The notes beneath the pieces are model-generated. The model saw only the letters and a program-made list of their open reading frames with translations. It was not told where the DNA came from and made no database searches. The translations under genes and the position numbers were made by a program. A DNA stretch of 64,000 bases, from positions 1-64,000 of the IMG/VR virus record IMGVR_UViG_3300037333_000056; one strand, given 5' to 3'. Of this stretch, positions 10,110-18,449 are shown in pieces. Source of the DNA: a virus. The stretch's first letter is position 1. Each line of letters begins with the position of its first letter.

Positions 10110-10281
10110 AGAATTTATTGATATAAATAACTATATGGATGGGTTTGAAAATATGGATAATGAACATTATGTTAATCATAAAGCATGTAGATACTGTAGC
10201 GATGAGAAAGACAAGACAATTACGATGATACAAAATAATATTACACCATACAAGAAGGACGATTGGATTAAAAATGGTTAA
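10084..10281 (+). CDS. Small MxKQ-family protein
   Basis: MKKQSCL...ITPYKKDDWIKNG. Confidence 0.7.
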   Translation: MKKQSCLTKEFIDINNYMDGFENMDNEHYVNHKACRYCSDEKDKTITMIQNNITPYKKDDWIKNG

Positions 10282-10461
10282 ACAGTTATCAACATCAAAA
10301 GATGCAGTTGAAATAAGTACTTTTGGAGTAGACAATGAAATGTCAAGAAACACAAGACATAAGGCAGTATATTATATTGGTGATAAAGAAGGTAAATTAT
10401 TAACAATGACAAAACCATTAATTACACCATACAAGAAGGACGATTGGATTAAAAATGGTTA
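10240..10461 (+). repeat. Perfect 41-bp direct repeat at consecutive gene junctions
   Basis: ATTACACCATACAAGAAGGACGATTGGATTAAAAATGGTTA at 10240-10280 and 10421-10461. Confidence 0.95.
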
Positions 10462-10462
10462 G
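10274..10462 (+). CDS. Small MxKQ-family protein
   Basis: MVKQLSTS...ITPYKKDDWIKNG. Confidence 0.7.
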   Translation: MVKQLSTSKDAVEISTFGVDNEMSRNTRHKAVYYIGDKEGKLLTMTKPLITPYKKDDWIKNG

Positions 10463-10658
10463 GCAATTAAATGTAAGCAATAAACATCTAGTAGTTAATA
10501 TAGAACTAGAAGATAGTGGACATATCTACTCAAAGCACAAATACTTAAGCTCTATATTTGAAAAACAAACACTTATGGAATTTGTTTTATGTATCAGTAA
10601 CAAGCTATGCTCTAATAAATATTGGAAAAAAGATATGGAACAAACGCAGAAGCACTAA
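10455..10658 (+). CDS. Small MxKQ-family protein
   Basis: MVRQLNVS...KYWKKD. Confidence 0.7.
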   Translation: MVRQLNVSNKHLVVNIELEDSGHIYSKHKYLSSIFEKQTLMEFVLCISNKLCSNKYWKKDMEQTQKH

Positions 10659-10705
10659 CAACTACATATTATAATATTGTAGCAAACACAATAAAGGAGC
10701 AACGT

Positions 10706-12676
10706 ATGGATTTTAAATTAAGGCAGTATCAAGTAGAAGCTATTGATGCTATAGAGGGGAACATATTGTTCGGAGAAAAGAATATTATACTAAAGGCAAC
10801 TACTTCATTTGGAAAGTCGTCAGTAATAGCAGGACTATGTGAACGCTTCAACGACAAAAGTATTTCTATTATTGTTAATATTGAGCCTCTAATAGACCAA
10901 ATAGCTGTTTTCTTGAAACTACTTAATATAGACTATTCAATACTAAAGGCAGGGCGAGAATCTGAATTTAGAGCGTCATCAAGAGTTCATCTTATCATGT
11001 CTCAAACATTATATGCAAGACTTGATAAGCTAGATATAAAATCTGATATATGTATCATAGATGAACGTCATATAGAGTATGATACAAAAAGAACCGGAGA
11101 TGTGCTTAAACACATAACTCCTGACGTAATCATAGGAATGACTGCTACACCGTATAATCAAGCTGGTTTTGCACTAGCAAATGCAGAAATAGTTGAGACA
11201 GCAGATACTAACTGGTTAACAGAACAAGGGTATTTGTCTAAAGTAAACTACTATGTACCAAGATGGGCAGAAAAAGTTGACTATTCATCTGTTAGCAAGT
11301 CTGGCGTAGACTACAATCTATCATCACTAGACTCAATCATCAATTCAAAATCAAACATTAGCAAAATTGTAAAAGCAATGAACGATATGAAATGCAAAGA
11401 TAAGAAAACGCTAGTGTTTTGTACGACAATAGACCAATGCAACTTAATTGCAGAAGCACTTAGTAAGGACGGATATAGTGCGAAGGCTTATCATTCAGAT
11501 AATTCAAAAAATGAAAATGAATATATACTTGATTCATTCAAGAACAATACTAAATTATTTGCTAATACAAGCGAAAATAAGACACTTTTTGATGAAAACG
11601 AACTATCTGTAGATAAAGACGCAGTTAAGTGCTTAATATCCGTTTCTAAGCTAACTACAGGGTTCTCTGTAAACGATATTGATATTGGAGTATCGCTTAG
11701 ACCTAGTAAGGTGCGTTCGCTTGTAGAGCAGATTATAGGTAGAGTTAGAAGAACGTCAAATTCTTTAGATGAGCTACTATCTAAGTATTCAAATGTTAAA
11801 GGCAAAAAAATTGCATTTGTATGCTCTGCGTACAATGAGAAAACAAAAATTAAAACTCAACTAAAGCAACTTAAAGCATCACATATAGATGTATTTGAAT
11901 ACAAATCAGAACCAGATGAATACGATATAGTAGAGTGCAATGTTAGACCAAATAAGGAATATGGTGAATATTTAGATCTAGCACAAAATATTAACACGCA
12001 TGGTTTTCCTGAAGAAACTTACTATGCACCTGAATTTACTGGCTTTCACACTCAAGATAAGCAAAACCTTGAGGAAGCAACTAAAGACCTAAAAATGGAC
12101 CATCTAATGGCTACAATAGGGTCAGATAAACCAGAGTGCATAACGAGAGATGGATACAATATAAAAATAGAGCAGATAAAGAAAGATTCAACAAAATTAA
12201 CTAATCTAACGATTAGACAACTATCAAACAAACTTGAAGTTGAGATGGATCCTACTACGATTATATCTGTAACTTGTGTGCTGTTTGACAAGATGCATTG
12301 CTCTGGAGACTATGTAGATAAATTTGGGAAACAAGTACGTGGATATACTACTAATAAAGGAAAAGACGTAGTTAATTTTCTTAATCCTAGAAGCATTGGC
12401 TGGATAGCTGAAGACTGGGTAAAACAATTAGAACTAGAAAATGCATTCTATAAGCGAAAATATATTAAGGCACTAAGAACCAGATGCAAAACTCTATTGC
12501 TGCAGAAAGGTTCAATATATGCAATAAAGTATTTCTTACAATTTCTACTAGAAGGAGATGCAGAAGAAAAGAACAGGAACAATAGTGAGGAAGAAGAGGC
12601 TTCATATTCTGTTCAAATAGAAGACAGCAGTGGAAACATAGAAGTACATATAGACGATTGTGATATTCCATTTTAA
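10706..12676 (+). CDS. Superfamily 2 (DExH, ResIII/RadD-like) helicase
   Basis: LRQYQ Q-motif, TSFGKS, IDERH, GMTATP, LTTGFS, QIIGRVRR; AAGGAG RBS before 10706. Confidence 0.9.
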   Translation: MDFKLRQYQVEAIDAIEGNILFGEKNIILKATTSFGKSSVIAGLCERFNDKSISIIVNIEPLIDQIAVFLKLLNIDYSILKAGRESEFRASSRVHLIMSQTLYARLDKLDIKSDICIIDERHIEYDTKRTGDVLKHITPDVIIGMTATPYNQAGFALANAEIVETADTNWLTEQGYLSKVNYYVPRWAEKVDYSSVSKSGVDYNLSSLDSIINSKSNISKIVKAMNDMKCKDKKTLVFCTTIDQCNLIAEALSKDGYSAKAYHSDNSKNENEYILDSFKNNTKLFANTSENKTLFDENELSVDKDAVKCLISVSKLTTGFSVNDIDIGVSLRPSKVRSLVEQIIGRVRRTSNSLDELLSKYSNVKGKKIAFVCSAYNEKTKIKTQLKQLKASHIDVFEYKSEPDEYDIVECNVRPNKEYGEYLDLAQNINTHGFPEETYYAPEFTGFHTQDKQNLEEATKDLKMDHLMATIGSDKPECITRDGYNIKIEQIKKDSTKLTNLTIRQLSNKLEVEMDPTTIISVTCVLFDKMHCSGDYVDKFGKQVRGYTTNKGKDVVNFLNPRSIGWIAEDWVKQLELENAFYKRKYIKALRTRCKTLLLQKGSIYAIKYFLQFLLEGDAEEKNRNNSEEEEASYSVQIEDSSGNIEVHIDDCDIPF

Positions 12677-12695
12677 TATACAAAGGAAAGATACT

Positions 12696-12893
12696 ATGGT
12701 AAAACAATTTAGAGTTGTAGGCGATAGAACAAAAATGGGATACTACAATCCAGCACAGATTATGTCTTATCTGCCTATAAAATACACATTCAGCACGGTA
12801 TTGAATAGTGGCTCAAGTTCAAGAAAAATACTGTATATGGATAACAATAATGCTGATGAAAAAACTTTCTGGGAAAAGACGAAATATGTTTAA
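12696..12893 (+). CDS. Small MxKQ-family protein
   Basis: MVKQFRVV..KMGYY...ILYM...DEKTFWEK. Confidence 0.7.
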   Translation: MVKQFRVVGDRTKMGYYNPAQIMSYLPIKYTFSTVLNSGSSSRKILYMDNNNADEKTFWEKTKYV

Positions 12894-13140
12894 GCAATCT
12901 AAAATGATAAGTAATGGAGCTAAAATGGGATACTACTATCCATCTATCGATCCATTTTGTGATTCATCTACTGCTGTAGACTATATGAACATAAAATTTA
13001 TATACAATAAAGGTATAAGATTTGAAGATGGAGGAATATTATATATGGAAAGTGAATGCATATCGTCTACTCACCGTACTGACGAAAAAGCTTTTTGGAT
13101 AAAGAGTAGGAAACACACTATCAATAAAGAATATGTGTAG
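12886..13140 (+). CDS. Small MxKQ-family protein
   Basis: MFKQSKMI..KMGYY...ILYM...DEKAFWIK; paralogue of 12696. Confidence 0.7.
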   Translation: MFKQSKMISNGAKMGYYYPSIDPFCDSSTAVDYMNIKFIYNKGIRFEDGGILYMESECISSTHRTDEKAFWIKSRKHTINKEYV

Positions 13141-13335
13141 CATAGACCGTATTATTTAAGCTAAAACAGTTAAATTAATATGCGTATGAAAACATAAACT
13201 GCTTCTGCGGTTGTGGAGGAGTAGACGTGACACGCATTTTCGAGCAAGCCGAAGGCTGTCGCAGAAAAGCGTATTGCGAAAGCTACGATAGCCACATAAC
13301 GGAGAAGAACAATTGAGCACCAAGAAAGGAATAAT

Positions 13336-13545
13336 ATGTTTAAGCAAATATCTCTAGGGAATGACAAAACAACAATGGGATCCATTTTTAAACGTAAATA
13401 TATATCAATACAATTCAACAATCAGGATAGGCATATTTATGAAGAAAAATTTAGATTAATAGACTTATTCCATACAACAATTGTAAGTTATGGAACAATA
13501 AGTTATTTATTCGATATAAACATATTCCAGAAAGAGATAGCATGA
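13336..13545 (+). CDS. Small MxKQ-family protein
   Basis: MFKQISLG; AAGGA RBS. Confidence 0.65.
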   Translation: MFKQISLGNDKTTMGSIFKRKYISIQFNNQDRHIYEEKFRLIDLFHTTIVSYGTISYLFDINIFQKEIA

Positions 13546-13736
13546 GAAAACAACTAATGATTATTGATGGGTATTGCAACATTGAAGGAATGAATCCTAA
13601 GACTTTAGTATCTACTTTCTCTCAAAGGAGAACGCCAATAAAACTCGATAATCTGCTGTACATGTACAGGCTTATGATAATTCAAGAAAAGATGGTTATG
13701 ATAGGGAAACTTACTATATTTAATAAAGATCAATAG
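13542..13736 (+). CDS. Small MxKQ-family protein
   Basis: MRKQLMII; ATGA overlap. Confidence 0.65.
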   Translation: MRKQLMIIDGYCNIEGMNPKTLVSTFSQRRTPIKLDNLLYMYRLMIIQEKMVMIGKLTIFNKDQ

Positions 13737-13757
13737 TTTCTGGTTCTCATTTGTTAT

Positions 13758-14095
13758 GTAACTATTTGCAGTATCCTTCGGTAGCTGCTGTTTCTCGTTT
13801 TTGAGCTATGGCTATCGCCATACCCTCTGGGCACGCTCTTCAACTGCGATACAGGTCAACCTTGAATACTACAATAGTTACGGACTAATTTTTATAGTAT
13901 TATCTATATAATATATATAGCTCTATATAGAGAAAGTTATAAAAAATAGTACCTAAAATGCTCATAAAGCACGGTGTACTGGGAGTTTGATAAGTTTTAA
14001 ATAATACTCACAGTATGAATATAGAAGTTGAGTAATATATGCAGACTGTGAGTACTTTTATAGCTACAAATTGTATTCAGTATTGAGTATAATTT
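13758..14095. promoter_or_regulatory. Candidate replication origin/operator region
   Basis: Branched structure closed by GTAACTATT/AATAGTTAC; (AT)n tract; 17-bp inverted repeats at 14005-14021 and 14038-14054; third related site 14074-14089 overlapping TATAAT. Confidence 0.5.
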
Positions 14096-14232
14096 TAAGC
14101 TATATGTAATATTAAATTGTATATAATTAGGGATATTAAAAGACACACCATGGTTTTTAGGTTGGCTCCTACCATAGTGCGAAGAAAGTTTTTAATTATG
14201 AACACATCATACAAACACAATGGGAACATAAC

Positions 14233-15111
14233 ATGACTGAATTATACAATGAACACAATGAAATAGAGCTTATCTCAGAGACAACTTTAACATCAGATAG
14301 CGGACTTGCTATAGCAAAAATAGAATCAACAACTTTACAAAGAATAAAAAAAGGAAAAAGAGCAATGATGACACCAATGATAGCAAAATACGCAGTTAAA
14401 GGAGTAATAAATAGCAACAAATTTATAGGAGAAAAAGGGCTTAAAGAAATAATGAATAAGTATGATAGCTCCGCATTTAACGTTTTTATAGAGGAAACTA
14501 TATGTGGACTAATGAATGATTACGGATGTATAATTTCTGATAGTTCAGTTACGAAACTCATATATAGTAAAGCTAAAGTATCTAAAAGCTCTTTTGATAG
14601 ATACATGAAGCTATTACGGGACAATAATGTGATTCGTAAGGTGAATAATAAGCTTATAGTGATTAACCCATATCAGCTATACAAAAATTGTACGATTTCA
14701 GGAGAACATCTATGGCAACTTCAGGCTAACTGGGAACTAGAGAAGGTAATGACACACTGGTTCGAGATAGATGACGAAGCAAGACTTGATGTGCTACGAT
14801 CTAAAGCAGAGCTTGATAAGGCTTGGGCAGAAGAAAAGCTAGAAAAGATTAAGAAGAGTAATGCAGAGGTTGCATCTATCTATGAAGAACCGGAGAAGTA
14901 TGCTACAGCTATAGAGGCTTTTACAGATTATAATGTAGAGAAAGGATTAATAGTTACAACTTTTGCAGACTATCTTAGTGATGACACTGGTTCTAGACAC
15001 TTTAGATCGTGGTATTTAAGCGAAAAAAATACTACTCATAGGCCAAAGCTACAATATGACTATAAAGACCGTAGAGCGTATGCTGATGCGTTTATAGAGA
15101 TATCGAAATGA
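14233..15111 (+). CDS. wHTH DNA-binding protein, plasmid RepL-like
   Basis: VSKSSFDRYMKLLRDNNVIRK...IVINPY pattern typical of RepL-type wHTH. Confidence 0.5.
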   Translation: MTELYNEHNEIELISETTLTSDSGLAIAKIESTTLQRIKKGKRAMMTPMIAKYAVKGVINSNKFIGEKGLKEIMNKYDSSAFNVFIEETICGLMNDYGCIISDSSVTKLIYSKAKVSKSSFDRYMKLLRDNNVIRKVNNKLIVINPYQLYKNCTISGEHLWQLQANWELEKVMTHWFEIDDEARLDVLRSKAELDKAWAEEKLEKIKKSNAEVASIYEEPEKYATAIEAFTDYNVEKGLIVTTFADYLSDDTGSRHFRSWYLSEKNTTHRPKLQYDYKDRRAYADAFIEISK

Positions 15112-15305
15112 TAAAGCAACTAATTATATTAGCAGAAAGAAAAAAAAGAATAAAAGGAATATATAGCTTCAATATAAAATATATTGATAGAAATAGCATA
15201 AATAGCTTAGGTGCAATATTAACTATGTATGACGACATACACACATCAGATGGTGAATATGAATACCTTGGACAAAAAGGATTTTTTGATAAAAAAAATG
15301 GATAA
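15108..15305 (+). CDS. Small MxKQ-family protein
   Basis: MIKQLIIL..RIKG. Confidence 0.7.
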   Translation: MIKQLIILAERKKRIKGIYSFNIKYIDRNSINSLGAILTMYDDIHTSDGEYEYLGQKGFFDKKNG

Positions 15306-15311
15306 ATTATA

Positions 15312-15497
15312 ATGATAAAGCAACTAAAGATTATAAACATAAATAGTGAAGTGCATAGAATAAAAGGAATGCTTGGTGATATAAATATGAAAATTACACG
15401 AAAAAAGAATGTATTGCCAGCATTAATTGGATCATGCAGCAGTATTGTTACAGCAAACAAGATGTATTGGAACAGAAAATACTGGAATAAAAGGTAA
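15312..15497 (+). CDS. Small MxKQ-family protein
   Basis: MIKQLKII..RIKG...YWNRKYWNKR. Confidence 0.7.
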   Translation: MIKQLKIININSEVHRIKGMLGDINMKITRKKNVLPALIGSCSSIVTANKMYWNRKYWNKR

Positions 15498-15508
15498 AGG
15501 AATAATTT

Positions 15509-15988
15509 ATGAAAAAAAACAACACAACAGAATGGAATAAGGCAATTGAACTATTATCTAATGTAGCAGAATACGAAGCATCAAGCATTGAATATGAGGT
15601 AGCTGACACAACAACAAATTCATGGGAAGAGTTTAAAGAAAAATGTAAAAAAGATGGATATATTACTGTATCTAAAGATGAATGTGATAACTCTATATAC
15701 GATAGCCCTATAGTTAACAGAATGGCACGTGTATGGCACGATAAGTTACATTTGAATCATAACCTTAGTTTTTCATTAGAAGACGAAATAAAGGTAGCTA
15801 AATATCAACAATTAGATATTGATAATTATAGAATGATGCACTTTAGTGAATACTCTCAATCTGTAGTAGATTTAGCAAAAAAAATCATATATATTGATGT
15901 AGCAGAACAACTAAAATACTATTATGAGAATAATGAATATGTTGAGAACCAAAAGGCATTCGTACTTAATATTATATACAATAAGTAG
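15509..15988 (+). CDS. Hypothetical protein
   Basis: AAGGA RBS, 159 aa. Confidence 0.6.
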   Translation: MKKNNTTEWNKAIELLSNVAEYEASSIEYEVADTTTNSWEEFKEKCKKDGYITVSKDECDNSIYDSPIVNRMARVWHDKLHLNHNLSFSLEDEIKVAKYQQLDIDNYRMMHFSEYSQSVVDLAKKIIYIDVAEQLKYYYENNEYVENQKAFVLNIIYNK

Positions 15989-15993
15989 ATACC

Positions 15994-16215
15994 GTGTTAA
16001 AGCAATTCAAGATGGCTGTAGAAAATAATAGCAGAGTATTAGCCGAAGAATTCAGTAGTAACTACTTGGAAAGAAAGTATATATATAGTCCAGTTGTATA
16101 CAAAGAGACAAAGGAGTGCAATAATGTAATTGGGCAATCATTCATAATGCATTCATGCCACGAGTACAATGACTATTCTTCATCTAAATCAGCATGGATA
16201 AAAGGAAATAATTAA
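15994..16215 (+). CDS. Small MxKQ-family protein (GTG start)
   Basis: MLKQFKMA...AWIKGNN. Confidence 0.65.
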   Translation: MLKQFKMAVENNSRVLAEEFSSNYLERKYIYSPVVYKETKECNNVIGQSFIMHSCHEYNDYSSSKSAWIKGNN

Positions 16216-16277
16216 TGACTAAGCAATTAACATTAGTGAAGGATAATAAATACACTAATAATAAAATTGAAAAATAA
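16215..16277 (+). pseudogene. Truncated MxKQ-family ORF (20 aa)
   Basis: MTKQLTLVKDNKYTNNKIEK*; TAATG overlap, AAGGA RBS. Confidence 0.5.
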
Positions 16278-16311
16278 GTTACAAAAAAGCTTTTAAAACA
16301 AGGAGACTAAA

Positions 16312-16629
16312 ATGGAATTAACAGAAAAACAATACGGTAATCTAAATAGAAGATTTATGGAGGCAAAGATGGAATTAGACAAAGCTACAGAAGCATTTAA
16401 TGCAATTAAGGATGAAGTAAAAGATGCAGCATCTGGTTCTGAACTTGAAATGGAAAACGTTACAGTATTCTATTCAAGTAGAACTACAGTGAATTATAAA
16501 AAATTCATTGAGGAAAATAAGCTTAATATTCCAGACGAATATGTAACTATAAAAGATGTTGAGACTGTACGATATGTTAGTCCACAAGAAGAACCTGTTG
16601 GGATGATTAGCATAAATGGAGATGAATAA
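16312..16629 (+). CDS. Hypothetical phage protein
   Basis: AAGGAG RBS; coiled-coil N-terminus. Confidence 0.65.
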   Translation: MELTEKQYGNLNRRFMEAKMELDKATEAFNAIKDEVKDAASGSELEMENVTVFYSSRTTVNYKKFIEENKLNIPDEYVTIKDVETVRYVSPQEEPVGMISINGDE

Positions 16630-16850
16630 TGAGTGATAAAAAAACATTCTCAGTAAAGCTTGAATTTGACAAGGTGCTTACTATGCTTCTAGATGTAGAA
16701 GTTAAAGCAAGCACAAGAGAGAAAGCAATTAGAATTGCAATAGAAAATTACAAGAATAATATGTATGCAGATTCAGACATGTATGAAGCAGATGATGCAT
16801 TTGTTACAATGAATATAAACAGCAGCGACTGGATTGTTGATGAAGAATAG
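16629..16850 (+). CDS. Hypothetical protein
   Basis: TAATG overlap; V(E)VKAS.REKA motif common in small phage proteins. Confidence 0.6.
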   Translation: MSDKKTFSVKLEFDKVLTMLLDVEVKASTREKAIRIAIENYKNNMYADSDMYEADDAFVTMNINSSDWIVDEE

Positions 16851-16852
16851 AT

Positions 16853-17053
16853 ATGTTTACATATAGAGACAGAACTTGGTGCAATGAAAAAACATGTACT
16901 AATACGAAATGCAATAGATTACTTACAGATAAAGAAAAAGCGAAAGCAACAAGAGAATGGACAGGATCGCCTATATATTCTCTTGGAGAGCTTAGAGACA
17001 CAGAACTATGTATTGGATACACAACAAAGGAATACAATGAAAACAATAAATAA
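16853..17053 (+). CDS. Small Cys-rich hypothetical protein
   Basis: YRDRTWC...C...C.R motif. Confidence 0.55.
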   Translation: MFTYRDRTWCNEKTCTNTKCNRLLTDKEKAKATREWTGSPIYSLGELRDTELCIGYTTKEYNENNK

Positions 17054-17927
17054 GAATGGAATAGAATACGAGTTACCAAGCGTTACACTATTGAATGTTG
17101 CTGGATTAGGAATATCTGAATTTGCTGGGAGAACAGCATACAATAGCTTTGACAAATCAGAAAACAGTGCAATAAAAGACCTAGATGTACTATTGACAGA
17201 AAACGAAATTAAAGGCGTAGATTTAGATGTTTCTATTAAGAAAGTAAATGCAGTTGAACATTCAAACTTGCTAGATAGTTTAGCATGGGTGCATCATCAT
17301 CATAGCGTGCTAGAGCAATGTGAGCTCTGGTTCTCAGTAAAAGGTACAAGCAGAGGAGTACTGCAGGAGCATAGCAGGCACAGACATCAGGAGCTTACAG
17401 TCCAATCGACAAGATATACAATGTCATCTGTAATCAATGCGTTTATTGCATCGTACACAAGATACAATAGCACTAGCACAATAACAGCAAAAGGAATGTT
17501 TAATAAACTTGTAATTGAATTAAATATGTTTGTTATTGCAGATAAATATATGATTGAAATAGAGTCAAACTCAATGTATGACAAATTATTGTATCAGCTG
17601 AGAGTATTAGGAGAAGATAAATTTATTGAACTTGCAACATCAAAAAACATGAGGGAAAACGGAAGTCTAGATCTTGAAACTACGATTGATATATTTGATG
17701 CACTTGAGCAATCAAAACAGGTTAGAAATATTGGAGACAACTTCAAACATATAGTAACAGACAACTGGAAGGTTGATATGGTATTTAAGATGAATCTTAG
17801 GTCACTAAAAAACTACTTGACATTACGAGACTCAGGATCAGCTTATTTCCTAATGAAAGAATTAGCTATTGCAATCAAAGAAGCTACTCCTAAAAACTAC
17901 TTAGATTTAATTATTAAACAAAAGTAG
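17037..17927 (+). CDS. thyX: Flavin-dependent thymidylate synthase
   Basis: HHSVLE and SRGVLQEHSRHR...VQSTRY signature, NLRSLKNY; AAGGA RBS before 17037. Confidence 0.92.
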   Translation: MKTINKNGIEYELPSVTLLNVAGLGISEFAGRTAYNSFDKSENSAIKDLDVLLTENEIKGVDLDVSIKKVNAVEHSNLLDSLAWVHHHHSVLEQCELWFSVKGTSRGVLQEHSRHRHQELTVQSTRYTMSSVINAFIASYTRYNSTSTITAKGMFNKLVIELNMFVIADKYMIEIESNSMYDKLLYQLRVLGEDKFIELATSKNMRENGSLDLETTIDIFDALEQSKQVRNIGDNFKHIVTDNWKVDMVFKMNLRSLKNYLTLRDSGSAYFLMKELAIAIKEATPKNYLDLIIKQK

Positions 17928-17936
17928 AAAAATGTT

Positions 17937-18437
17937 ATGTCGTATAATTACATAAGAACAATTAATGAATACTTAGAACAAAAGAAGAAGAAAGGAACTA
18001 CAGCAGGAGGAAGAATGTCGTTCAGCAATGATGTTCTATATTCGTATGACTCAGTACTAGCTATAATTGATAAGAAAAACAATATATTGCTTATTGACAA
18101 CAGTATAAGCAATATATCGAACACATCAAGAAAACACGCAAGGATATTGCTAAGTGAAAATATGGGGCACGAATACTCAGTACTAGCAATAGCGTACATA
18201 AATAACTATAGAGAATCAGCACGTATATTGGGTGATAACATAGAGCACTGCATACAAAAAGCAAATAGAGCAAGAACAATGCATACTAAAGAGAAATGGA
18301 AAGAAAAATCTATTAGCAAATATATGATGTTGAAACTATTATCAAATACTTATTTAGATAAAAGAACAAAAGAGTATAGACTTAAAGATAAAGCATTTAA
18401 ATTGCTATTTGAAAACAATATGCTTACAGTACAATAA
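17937..18437 (+). CDS. Hypothetical protein
   Basis: 166-aa ORF in the operon. Confidence 0.6.
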   Translation: MSYNYIRTINEYLEQKKKKGTTAGGRMSFSNDVLYSYDSVLAIIDKKNNILLIDNSISNISNTSRKHARILLSENMGHEYSVLAIAYINNYRESARILGDNIEHCIQKANRARTMHTKEKWKEKSISKYMMLKLLSNTYLDKRTKEYRLKDKAFKLLFENNMLTVQ

Positions 18438-18449
18438 TAAAGGACAAAT

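Noticed and set aside
10240-10461. CRISPR-like repeat-spacer array near a Cas4-like gene
   Set aside because: Only two copies, a 140-bp intervening sequence, and the repeat is protein-coding; stand-alone Cas4-like nucleases are common in phages
4230-16277. Diversity-generating retroelement or integron as the cause of the MxKQ arrays
   Set aside because: No reverse transcriptase, adenine-specific TR/VR pair, integrase or attC-like sites visible in the window
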